A stretch of DNA of 17,956 nt from Desulfurella sp. (GCA_031960885.1 JAVRLY010000027.1:1-17956), one strand, 5' to 3'. Shown: positions 1 through 8,199, numbered from the stretch's first letter. Program-made: numbers and translations. The notes: a model not told the origin generated them from the sequence alone.

Positions 1-312
1 CACAACTGCACTAAGTCTTGGCGCTTTTCTAAGAGGCCTATAAGCTAATCTTTCCAAAAAAATACCAAACATAGAAATAAATAACGATGTAATAACAAAC
101 ATTAGTATCACAGCCCACAATTTATCTATATGCATGCCAAATGCCTGCATAAGTACAGTCAAGCCAATATAGGCCGCAAGGGCCACGACATCACCATGTG
201 CAAAATTGATGAGCTTCATCACACCATACACCATAGTGTAGCCTATGGCCACAAGGGCATAAATACTTCCTATAGCTAAACCGTTTACAATTTGCTGTAG
301 AAAAATTTCCAT
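1..312 (-). CDS. livH: Branched-chain amino acid ABC transporter permease (LivH), 5' part; runs off the window start
   Basis: Not in the ORF track. Manual minus-strand translation from ATG at 312 gives MEIFLQQIVNGLAIGSIYALVAIGYTMVYGVMKLINFAHGD...LERLAYRPLRKAPRLSAVV, the classic LivH N-terminus. It starts 4 nt after the binding-protein stop codon. Confidence 0.95.
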   Translation of the reverse strand, partial: MEIFLQQIVNGLAIGSIYALVAIGYTMVYGVMKLINFAHGDVVALAAYIGLTVLMQAFGMHIDKLWAVILMFVITSLFISMFGIFLERLAYRPLRKAPRLSAVV

Positions 313-316
313 AATT

Positions 317-1444
317 TTAATCTTCTCTATAAATTACTTTGTATTGATCATTATTGTAAATTTCATAAGCCATAAACCTACTACCGGCACGCTCACCATC
401 TTTCGTAAATGTTATTGGACCTGTTATACCTGGGAAATTCTTCAAGTTGTGTAAAAAGGCCGCTAATTTTTTTGTATCTGTTGTTTTTGTTTTTTCTATT
501 GCATACATAATTGCCCTTAATCCATCAGCATTAAACAGTGTCCAAATGCTTGGTGGCATCATATGATATTTTGCCTGATAATCTCTTAAGAACTCTTTTG
601 CTAAAGGATATGGTAGTATGTCTGGTCTTGGCACATTAATCATATAAACACCATTTGCAGCCTTGCCTGCAAGTTTGAAAAATTCTGGGTTATCATTTGA
701 ATCACCACCGACAAAAGCAGCTTTTATGCCCAGCGATACCTCTTGTGCTCTAATTAATCCACCATCTGTATAATATCCACTAAAATAGATAACATCAGGG
801 TTCATAGCCTTAATTTTTGTCAAAATTGGTGTAAAATTCTGTGAACCAGCTTGAATTTTTCCCCTGTAAATAATGTTGCCACCTAATTTCTTTATGGCTG
901 ATACTGTAGCATCGGCCAAATTAGAAGAATAAACAGAATAATCAGATAATACAACTATCCTTTTAAAATGTTTGTCTTTAACTAGAAAATCTGCCGTAAA
1001 GTTTGCTTCTGCACTATTTGGGCATGAATTTCTAAAAAATGTCCAATAACCGTGGTGAGTGAGAGAATCTGCTGTAGCGTCACTTGTTTGCAATACGCCA
1101 GCTCTTGCGTATATAGGTTCTGCTGATTCTGCTGGTGTAGATGAATAAGTACCGATTACTGCTATAACGCCATCATTTACTAACTTTCGTGCGCAAATTG
1201 CACCACCTACGGCTGTGCCTTCATCATCACATGTTACAACTTCTATTTTCTTACCCAACAAACCACCCTTTGCATTCTGCTGCTCAACAATCATCTTAAC
1301 CGCATTGTCAATGCCTTGACCTTCATTTGCAAAAGAACCAGTAATGGGCGCTTGAACGCCAATCTTGATGACACCTGCTGCAAATGAACTTGTTGCTAAA
1401 AACAGCACTGAAACTACTACCCATAACAGGTTTTTAAGTTTCAT
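317..1444 (-). CDS. Liv/Bra-family amino acid ABC transporter substrate-binding protein (375 aa)
   Basis: Periplasmic binding protein type 1 motifs (IKIGVQAPITG, GGLLGKKIE, GITGPITF). Start revised from 1510 to ATG 1444 because an AAGGGGG RBS lies upstream and MKLKNLLWVVVSVLFLATSSFA is a Sec signal peptide. Adjacent to livH. Confidence 0.92.
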   Translation of the reverse strand: MKLKNLLWVVVSVLFLATSSFAAGVIKIGVQAPITGSFANEGQGIDNAVKMIVEQQNAKGGLLGKKIEVVTCDDEGTAVGGAICARKLVNDGVIAVIGTYSSTPAESAEPIYARAGVLQTSDATADSLTHHGYWTFFRNSCPNSAEANFTADFLVKDKHFKRIVVLSDYSVYSSNLADATVSAIKKLGGNIIYRGKIQAGSQNFTPILTKIKAMNPDVIYFSGYYTDGGLIRAQEVSLGIKAAFVGGDSNDNPEFFKLAGKAANGVYMINVPRPDILPYPLAKEFLRDYQAKYHMMPPSIWTLFNADGLRAIMYAIEKTKTTDTKKLAAFLHNLKNFPGITGPITFTKDGERAGSRFMAYEIYNNDQYKVIYRED

Positions 1445-1500
1445 AAAAAACCCCCTTAAAAAAATAAATTTTTCACATTTAATTACTTTACTAAACTTAG

Positions 1501-1529
1501 TTAATATCACAATTTAAGTTAATAGTCAA
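1501..1529 (-). promoter_or_regulatory. Putative sigma70 promoter for the liv operon
   Basis: Minus strand reads TTGACT (1529-1524), 17 nt, TATTAA (1506-1501), with a TGn extended -10. The last base of the -10 is non-consensus. Confidence 0.45.
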
Positions 1530-1549
1530 GTGGTTTTAAATATTTTTTA

Positions 1550-1565
1550 TAAGTCACTTGACTTA
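1550..1565. promoter_or_regulatory. Palindrome TAAGTCA-CT-TGACTTA, candidate operator
   Basis: Perfect 7-bp arms with a 2-nt spacer, overlapping the -35 of the pruA promoter. A partial inverted copy (AGTCAAGTG) lies at 1524-1532. Confidence 0.45.
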
Positions 1566-1586
1566 ATAAAATAAAGTGTGTATTTT
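1558..1586 (+). promoter_or_regulatory. Putative sigma70 promoter for pruA-PRODH-EamA
   Basis: TTGACT (1558-1563), 17 nt, TATTTT (1581-1586), about 30 nt upstream of the pruA start. Confidence 0.5.
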
Positions 1587-1618
1587 ATATTAGTAAATTA
1601 AATTTTATGGAGGTTAAA

Positions 1619-3250
1619 ATGAAAAATTGTAAAATTAAAGTACCTTTGGCAATTAATGAGCCAATTTATAATTATGAAGTTGGTTCTACTCACAGGCAAA
1701 TGTTAAAGAATGCTATAGGAAAAATTAAATCAGACAAAATAGAAATACCGCTAATTATTGGTGGCAAAGAGCATAAAAGCAACAATAAGGTTGAAATTCG
1801 CTCACCGCACGATCATAGCCAGTTGCTTGGCTACTACTACAAAGCTTCAAAAGATGAAATAGCGCTTGCAATAAATGAGAGTCTCAAAGCTGCAAAAATA
1901 TGGAGTAAATTTGATTTTTCAGAGCGCGCCGCAATTTTTTTAAAGGCAGCAGAATTACTCAGCACAAAGTATAGGTACTTAATAAACGCCGCTGCAATGC
2001 TTTCAATTAGCAAAAATGCCTACCAGGCAGAAATTGACTCGGCTTGTGAACTAATAGATTTTTTGCGCTTTAACGTTTATTATATGCAACAAATCTATGA
2101 AGATCAGCCATATTCACCAAAAGGTATATGGAACATAATGCAGTATAGACCATTAGAAGGCTTTATTTTTGCAGCTCCGCCATTTAATTTTGTATCTATA
2201 TCTGGTAACCTACCAACTGCTCCAGTAATAATGGGCAATGTTTCGATATTTAAACCCGCATCAACCTCTGTGTATGCGCCGTATATTTTTATGCAAGTGC
2301 TCAAAGAAGCAGGTTTGCCAGATGGCGTAATAAACTTTTTGCCAGCTCAAGGCTCTGCAATTGGTGAGTATATTTTTTCTAATCCTTATTTTGCTGGTTT
2401 ACATTTTACAGGCAGTGTGGAAACATTCCACAATATGTGGTCAATAATAGCTAAAAATATCCCTCTATATAAAAGCTACCCACGTATCGTAGGTGAAACT
2501 GGCGGTAAAGATTTTATATTTGCCCACATAAGCGCAGACAAAAAAGCTCTAATAACAGCAATTATTAGAGGCGCTTTTGAATATCAGGGTCAAAAATGCT
2601 CTGCAGTCTCAAGGGTGTATTTACCAAATAGTTTGTACAATGAAATAAAAGATGACTTATTTAATGAAATAGATAAAATCAAGATGGGAAGCCCAGAAGA
2701 TTTCAGAAATTTTATGAATGCAGTAATCGATAAAGAAGCTTTTGAAAAAATCTCTTCTTATATTAGCTATGCTAAGAATTCCAACGAAGCAACAATTGTA
2801 AAAGGTGGCAAATGTGACAGCAGCATTGGATATTTTATAGAACCAACTGTAATTTTGACAACAAACCCGAATTTTAAGACAATGACAGAAGAAATATTTG
2901 GACCGGTTGTTACATTTTACTTATACGATGAGACAAAATATGAAGAAACATTAGATCTATGCGATCAAACAAGCCCTTATGGTTTGACAGGAGCTATTTT
3001 TGCTCAAGATAGAAACGCTATAAACTTAGCCATAGAAAAATTAGAACAAAGCGCAGGCAATTTTTATATAAATGATAAACCCACAGGAGCAGTCGTTGGT
3101 CAACAACCATTTGGCGGCGCAAGGGCAAGCGGCACAAATGATAAGGCTGGTAGTCTATTGAACTTAATTAGATGGACAAGTGCTAGGGCTATAAAAGAAA
3201 ACTTTAACCCACCTCAAGCACTTGAGTACCCTTTTATGATGGAGGAATAA
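1619..3250 (+). CDS. pruA: L-glutamate gamma-semialdehyde / delta-1-pyrroline-5-carboxylate dehydrogenase (ALDH4-like)
   Basis: ALDH motifs PFNF, FTGS, YPRIVGETGGKDF, FEYQGQKCSA (catalytic Cys), EEIFGP and YINDKPTGAVVGQQPFGG. Start moved to ATG 1619 because GGAGG lies at 1609-1613. Confidence 0.95.
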   Translation: MKNCKIKVPLAINEPIYNYEVGSTHRQMLKNAIGKIKSDKIEIPLIIGGKEHKSNNKVEIRSPHDHSQLLGYYYKASKDEIALAINESLKAAKIWSKFDFSERAAIFLKAAELLSTKYRYLINAAAMLSISKNAYQAEIDSACELIDFLRFNVYYMQQIYEDQPYSPKGIWNIMQYRPLEGFIFAAPPFNFVSISGNLPTAPVIMGNVSIFKPASTSVYAPYIFMQVLKEAGLPDGVINFLPAQGSAIGEYIFSNPYFAGLHFTGSVETFHNMWSIIAKNIPLYKSYPRIVGETGGKDFIFAHISADKKALITAIIRGAFEYQGQKCSAVSRVYLPNSLYNEIKDDLFNEIDKIKMGSPEDFRNFMNAVIDKEAFEKISSYISYAKNSNEATIVKGGKCDSSIGYFIEPTVILTTNPNFKTMTEEIFGPVVTFYLYDETKYEETLDLCDQTSPYGLTGAIFAQDRNAINLAIEKLEQSAGNFYINDKPTGAVVGQQPFGGARASGTNDKAGSLLNLIRWTSARAIKENFNPPQALEYPFMMEE

Positions 3251-4140
3251 TGTCTGTATTTAATGCCATTGTGTCAAATACTATAGATTATGTGCCATCA
3301 AATATTGTATCAATATTTGCTAAAAAATATATTGCTGGTGCATCTTTAGAAGACGCACTCAATCTCACTAAATCTTTTAACCAAAACGGCGTCATGAGCA
3401 CAATAGATGTGCTTGGTGAAGATGTAAAAAAGATTGAAGAAGCAAATTTTTACAAGAATGAATGTATAAAAGTATTAGAAGAGATTAAGGCTAACCATTT
3501 AGATGCCAATTTATCATTAAAACCAACACAAATGGGTTTTGCTTTAAACAAAAATTTAGGATTTCAAAACATTAGAGAAATTGTAAAGAGGGCTTATGAA
3601 CTTAATAACTTTGTGCGCATAGATATGGAAAACTCTCCATACACCACAGACACAATAGAAATGTACAAACAGCTTAGGAAAGAATTTGGACAACATGTTG
3701 GAACCGTGCTTCAAGCTTACTTACGAAGGACAATAAATGATATTGATTATCTATCAGACGATAAAATGAATATAAGACTGTGTAAAGGCATATACATAGA
3801 ACCAGAAAAAATTGCTTACAAAAATCGGGAAATTATTGTGGAAAACTATAAGTACTGTTTAGAAGAGTTATTTAAGAAAAAAGCTTATGTAGGAATAGCC
3901 ACACACGATGAAAAACTTATATTTTACGCGATGAAACTAATAAAAGAGTATAATCTTAATACCAACGAATACGAATTTCAAATGCTACTAGGTGTTGGAG
4001 AAAACCTAAAACAATTTATCTTAGATTCAAAACACAGGCTTAGAATCTATGTACCGTTTGGTAAGCAATGGCTTGCGTATGCTAAACGCCGTTTAAAAGA
4101 AAATCCAAATTTAATAAAAACAGCTTTAAATTTGGCTTAA
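3250..4140 (+). CDS. Monofunctional proline dehydrogenase (PRODH)
   Basis: Motifs DVLGE, LSLKPTQMG, VRIDME, GTVLQAYL, RLCKGIY, IATHDE, EFQMLLG and RIYVPFG..W..Y..RRL.E. Overlaps the pruA stop (TAATG), with a GGAGG RBS at 3241-3245. Confidence 0.95.
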   Translation: MSVFNAIVSNTIDYVPSNIVSIFAKKYIAGASLEDALNLTKSFNQNGVMSTIDVLGEDVKKIEEANFYKNECIKVLEEIKANHLDANLSLKPTQMGFALNKNLGFQNIREIVKRAYELNNFVRIDMENSPYTTDTIEMYKQLRKEFGQHVGTVLQAYLRRTINDIDYLSDDKMNIRLCKGIYIEPEKIAYKNREIIVENYKYCLEELFKKKAYVGIATHDEKLIFYAMKLIKEYNLNTNEYEFQMLLGVGENLKQFILDSKHRLRIYVPFGKQWLAYAKRRLKENPNLIKTALNLA

Positions 4141-4145
4141 AAAAT

Positions 4146-5030
4146 ATGCTGCTCAAGATATTTGAATCTGCAAAAGCCTATTTCTACTTAGCGCTGTGCA
4201 TAATATTTTGGGCAGCAATACCTGTTGTATCAAAAAAAATATTGATTGAGCTAAACAATGTTCAAATGCTTTTTTATTCCACAATTATCTCTTTTGTAGT
4301 TTTGTTTATCATAAATCTATTCCAAAAAAAATTGTACCTCTTAAAAAAATACAAGGCAAAAGATTTTGCAAATATGTTCTTTTTGGGCTTTCTAGGTGCT
4401 TATTTTTGCTATTTAATACTTTATAAAGCCTTTAGTATGGCTGGAGCTCAAGAAATATTCATTTTGGCTTATACATGGCCAATAATAGTTGTTATTTTAG
4501 GGTTTATCATATTAAAAGAACAATTAACATTTAAAAAGATACTTGCAATTGGCGTTAGTTTTTTTGGAATAGTTATTATCGTAACAAACGGACACTTAAC
4601 GCATCTGAGTTTTTCAAGCCTAAGGGGAGACTTGTTTGCTCTAACTTATGCATTTGTTTTTGCATTATTTAGTGTTCTGGGTAAAAAATTTAAATATGAT
4701 CAAACATTATCAACAATGATTTTTTTTCTATCAGCTTTAATCTTAATGATACCAACTGTGTTTTTCTTATCAAACTTTAGATTGCCAAGCATAAATGTAT
4801 GGTTCTGGTTATTTTTAAATGGGTTTTTTATAAATGGCATAACTTATATTTTTTGGTTTAAAGCTTTAAAAGCACCAACGCATATAGTTTCAAATTTGTT
4901 ATATTTAACACCCTTTTTATCTCTTGTGTACATACGTGTCTTTTTGGGAGATAAAATACTTTTTAGCTCCTGCATTGGACTTGCTATAATTGCCAGCGGG
5001 ATAATACTTCAAAGTATAAAACTAAATTGA
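4146..5030 (+). CDS. DMT/EamA family transporter (about 10 TM)
   Basis: Hydrophobic 294-aa protein with a two-repeat EamA pattern (IIFWA, YTWP, ILKEQL, GD..AL, LYLTP, LGDK). Starts 5 nt after the PRODH stop. Confidence 0.9.
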   Translation: MLLKIFESAKAYFYLALCIIFWAAIPVVSKKILIELNNVQMLFYSTIISFVVLFIINLFQKKLYLLKKYKAKDFANMFFLGFLGAYFCYLILYKAFSMAGAQEIFILAYTWPIIVVILGFIILKEQLTFKKILAIGVSFFGIVIIVTNGHLTHLSFSSLRGDLFALTYAFVFALFSVLGKKFKYDQTLSTMIFFLSALILMIPTVFFLSNFRLPSINVWFWLFLNGFFINGITYIFWFKALKAPTHIVSNLLYLTPFLSLVYIRVFLGDKILFSSCIGLAIIASGIILQSIKLN

Positions 5031-5450
5031 GTCTCCATCAAGTCCGCGTATTTTCATAGCTTTTGTTGGACAAACCTTGACGCATAACTCACAGGCAATA
5101 CATCTATCTTTATAAAAAGACACTTTCATCGTTTGCCTATCATCAATAATAAGTGCATCTGTAGGACAAACTGGCAAACAATAGCCACAATGATAGCACA
5201 AATCATCGTCCCTAAAAACCCTATCTTCAATGTTTGATATTTCTATACCGCTTTCTTTTAAATACTCAATGCCACTATTGTAAGCATTTTCTGTGCCAAT
5301 TAGTTCAAGAATCATCAACCCTTCTTTCTTGGGTGATATTTTTGCTTCCATAACATTGAATGTTAAATCATATTTTCTAGATAACTCGCAAATCACAGGT
5401 TTACCCGCTGCTTTTTTTGAAAATTGCAACAAAACTTTTTTTGCTATCAT
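5022..5450 (-). CDS. NIL domain + 2x[4Fe-4S] ferredoxin (MA1822-like homocysteine biosynthesis partner)
   Basis: N-terminal NIL-like domain (KPVICELSRKYDLTFNVMEAKI) followed by CYHCGYCLPVCP and CIACELCVKVCP. GGAGGG RBS. In an operon with DUF39. Confidence 0.9.
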   Translation of the reverse strand: MIAKKVLLQFSKKAAGKPVICELSRKYDLTFNVMEAKISPKKEGLMILELIGTENAYNSGIEYLKESGIEISNIEDRVFRDDDLCYHCGYCLPVCPTDALIIDDRQTMKVSFYKDRCIACELCVKVCPTKAMKIRGLDGDSI

Positions 5451-5455
5451 TAGAT

Positions 5456-6166
5456 TTACCCTCCTAATTCAAAATCACCCCAAAATGCTATTTTGTTGTC
5501 ACAAACGAAACAACATCCAATTGTCTGACTAAACTTCCTAGCAAAATCAATAGCTTTTTCAATATCTTTATCATTTTTTATTATATTACCACAAGCACTT
5601 GCCAAACAATCACTAAAATAGGCATTATGAGAGATTATAAGCGAAGCATCGCTTGTTCCAAAAGATAAAGATGGACCTATTTTTGCACTTGACGTGCAAA
5701 TACCATAGGGCTTATCTGATTGTCTTAAAATTAAATTAAGTCTATTAAATGGATTATCTTTGCCTACATATAAGCCCAACGTTGCGTCCTTATTTAATTT
5801 TAGAAAGATATCACCGCCATTTTCCACTATGCATTCATTACAAAATCTTAAAAGTACTTTGCCTACTTCTTCAGAGATAGCACCAGCTACACAAGCCATT
5901 GGACCAACGCCAATTTCCGAAGATGTTTTAATCATTTTCTTAACAACAAATGAAGCATACTTATCTTGCTTTATTGGAGACAAAGAAACTAAAAATTCTT
6001 TAGATTTTAAAATGTAGTCTTCCAAATCTTTGCGTATTTTATACAATGCCTCAAAAGCCACAGTTTTTAAGTCTTTGCATGTTTTTATAAACAAATTACT
6101 TTCTTTTATGCTTATTTCAAAACTATACAAATCATCGCTAACAAGTTGCCTGTAAAATCTCAGCAT
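5456..6166 (-). CDS. UPF0280 / COG2122 ApbE-like protein (MA1715-like, sulfide assimilation)
   Basis: Motifs RFYR, GVGPMACVAGAIS, IVENGGDI and GICTSS...SLSFG..DA. Overlaps the DUF39 stop by 7 nt. Confidence 0.88.
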   Translation of the reverse strand: MLRFYRQLVSDDLYSFEISIKESNLFIKTCKDLKTVAFEALYKIRKDLEDYILKSKEFLVSLSPIKQDKYASFVVKKMIKTSSEIGVGPMACVAGAISEEVGKVLLRFCNECIVENGGDIFLKLNKDATLGLYVGKDNPFNRLNLILRQSDKPYGICTSSAKIGPSLSFGTSDASLIISHNAYFSDCLASACGNIIKNDKDIEKAIDFARKFSQTIGCCFVCDNKIAFWGDFELGG

Positions 6167-7359
6167 TTTACATATTTTAACGGTTCGTAGTCACTTGATT
6201 GTCCAATCAAACAAGCAGGATTAGTAATATAAAATTTTCCATCTAAAATCCATTGTTTGAGCTCCTCTGCAATTTCCAAAGCCATATAATAGCTAGAAAG
6301 AGGGGTGGTGGGAACTTCTTTACCATTAAGCATGATAGTTCCGCTTCTTAATTCTTTGTATGTGACAAGACCATGTGTTTTGCTAATTTTGTTTGGATAA
6401 TCATATCCATAATCATAGACATAAGCTTCAATTTCTTCATCACTAACACCGCAAAAGAAAGCCATCTCTTCATTTATTATCGGTATCGGCACACCAATAC
6501 CTAAACTAAGAGAAACCCCATAACCTAAAATTGATGCACCCCTTATATATTTAGTATTCATTTGCTTCATATCTCCAATAACCGCTAATGTACCTGCTCC
6601 TGATTTTGGCAAACCCCTTTCATTTCTTTCTACATTAGGATCATGCTGTGTGCCTTGATAAATGACATATCCTATACCTCCGCCCAAAAAGATCCTAGTG
6701 CCTATACCTATTGTTCTGTAAAACGGATCATTGAATAATGGAGACAACTCACCAGCTGAAGAATATGTAGCATTGCTAATATTTGGTTTTAACACACCCA
6801 TGTAAGTATAAATTATTTTATCAGTTGTGTTTATGGCAACTGAATAATTTTGGTAAGCATTGCGAGGATTTAATAGAGTCGCATCCCTTAAATCAGCAAT
6901 GGTGATTTCTTTTTCAAATTCTTTTGCTGGATAACAATCAGTACCATAACCTTCTGCCCTTAAAAGTACTTTTTTGCCAGCTATTAAGTCCTCTATGACA
7001 TGTCCTCCACCGTAATTGAATCTACCTGGATGCACACTATTTAAAGGATCGTTTTCTTTAACAGCGCTAACGCCAAGATAGCAATCTACAGCTGCAACAC
7101 CACCGTATGCTTCAACATCGTTAAACCAAACTTTTGATGCTTTTATTTTGGGTTTTGTATGCCAAAAATTAATCAATGCGCCACTTGAGCACATCGTTCC
7201 AAATGTACCCGTTGTTACAATATCAACCTTTTTTGCAGCTTCTATACAACCTTCTTTTCTTACTATATCTATCATTTCCTTTGCATTAACAACAACTACT
7301 TCTTTTCTTTTAATTTTTTCATTTATTTCCTCAATTGTTTTATTGACTTTAAACTCCAC
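6160..7359 (-). CDS. DUF39 / COG1900 homocysteine biosynthesis protein (L-aspartate semialdehyde sulfurtransferase, MA1821-like), without CBS domains
   Basis: Motifs KTIEEINEKI, VDIVTTGTFGTMCSSG, YGGGHVIEDL, GTDCYP, NPRNAYQNY, GELSPLFNDP and TIGIGTRIFLGG. GTG start with GGAGG RBS at 7366-7370. Confidence 0.92.
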   Translation of the reverse strand: MEFKVNKTIEEINEKIKRKEVVVVNAKEMIDIVRKEGCIEAAKKVDIVTTGTFGTMCSSGALINFWHTKPKIKASKVWFNDVEAYGGVAAVDCYLGVSAVKENDPLNSVHPGRFNYGGGHVIEDLIAGKKVLLRAEGYGTDCYPAKEFEKEITIADLRDATLLNPRNAYQNYSVAINTTDKIIYTYMGVLKPNISNATYSSAGELSPLFNDPFYRTIGIGTRIFLGGGIGYVIYQGTQHDPNVERNERGLPKSGAGTLAVIGDMKQMNTKYIRGASILGYGVSLSLGIGVPIPIINEEMAFFCGVSDEEIEAYVYDYGYDYPNKISKTHGLVTYKELRSGTIMLNGKEVPTTPLSSYYMALEIAEELKQWILDGKFYITNPACLIGQSSDYEPLKYVKC

Positions 7360-7388
7360 CTTACACCTCCTAAATCAATATAAAAGTT

Positions 7389-7417
7389 AGTATACAACTA
7401 ATCAATTTTTAAGTCAA
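7389..7417 (-). promoter_or_regulatory. Sigma70 promoter for the DUF39-UPF0280-NIL operon
   Basis: Minus strand reads TTGACT (7417-7412, overlapping the ymdB TGA), exactly 17 nt, then TATACT (7394-7389). Confidence 0.7.
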
Positions 7418-8199
7418 GGGATTGAGATATTAATTTTTTCAATATTCAAAGCCTTTCCATTGTAAATATTGACATCAACTATGCATGCATTAACTCTCAA
7501 ATCAATTTTGCAAACATCAAATCTTTTTGGCATATATGTTATAAACTTCTCAATTATATCTTCCTTTTTAAATCCAATAATCCCGCCATGACAACCAGTT
7601 AAGCCAACATCTGTAATATAGGCTGTACCGTTGGGCAAAATTTTTTCATCGTTTGTTTGAACATGTGTGTGTGTACCCAAACAAGCGCTTACCTTGCCAT
7701 CACAATAATAACCAAAAGCCTGTTTCTCGCTAGTGGCTTCAGCATGAAAATCAATAATTTTGATTATCGGCAACAAGTTGTCACTGTATAATTGATCTAA
7801 AAAAATAAATGGATTCTCAACAGGATTCATAAAAATCCTACCCAAAAACGTTGCAACTAAAACCTTTGTATAGTTTTTTTCTACGATAACAAATGATTTA
7901 CCTTTAGTATTTGGCATATTAAAAGGCCTTGCTACTTTAGTCATGCTATCTATATTTATAACAAAATCCTTCTTATCCCACACATGATTGCCGGTTGTGA
8001 AAGCATCAAAATATGGCTCAATTGCTTCGTAAGTTTCTTTAGTTATTCCAAAGCCACCTGCAAGATTTTCAATATTTGCTATTGCTATATCGTAAGCATA
8101 AGAGTCTTTGAGATAATTTAAACTATCTACTGCAGCTTTCCTACCGCTATCTCCCACTATATCTGACACAAACAAAATGCGCAACACATCAGTTTGCAT
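7414..8199 (-). CDS. ymdB: YmdB / TIGR00282 family metallophosphoesterase
   Basis: Motifs ILFVSDIVG, NIENLAGGFG, TTGNHVWD, DFHAEATSEK, GTHTHVQT and YITDVGLTG. Sits directly after rny, a conserved synteny. Start is uncertain (ATG 8199, GTG 8187 or TTG 8184). Confidence 0.93.
   Translation of the reverse strand: MQTDVLRILFVSDIVGDSGRKAAVDSLNYLKDSYAYDIAIANIENLAGGFGITKETYEAIEPYFDAFTTGNHVWDKKDFVINIDSMTKVARPFNMPNTKGKSFVIVEKNYTKVLVATFLGRIFMNPVENPFIFLDQLYSDNLLPIIKIIDFHAEATSEKQAFGYYCDGKVSACLGTHTHVQTNDEKILPNGTAYITDVGLTGCHGGIIGFKKEDIIEKFITYMPKRFDVCKIDLRVNACIVDVNIYNGKALNIEKINISIP

Noticed and set aside
2104..2304. 66-aa minus-strand ORF
   Set aside because: Antisense shadow inside pruA with no recognisable motif.
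5293..6017. Plus-strand ORFs 5293-5532 and 5760-6017
   Set aside because: Antisense to the well-supported NIL-ferredoxin and UPF0280 genes, with no RBS or motifs.
6115..6165. DUF39 ends Cys-TGA, suggesting possible selenocysteine read-through (C-U-DFTGNLLAMICIVLK)
   Set aside because: The downstream bases are the coding start of UPF0280, I see no convincing SECIS hairpin, and the domain is already complete. It is best explained as an ordinary overlapping stop.
7148..7390. 80-aa plus-strand ORF
   Set aside because: Antisense shadow of the DUF39 5' end. Its hydrophobicity mirrors Lys/Glu codons on the coding strand.
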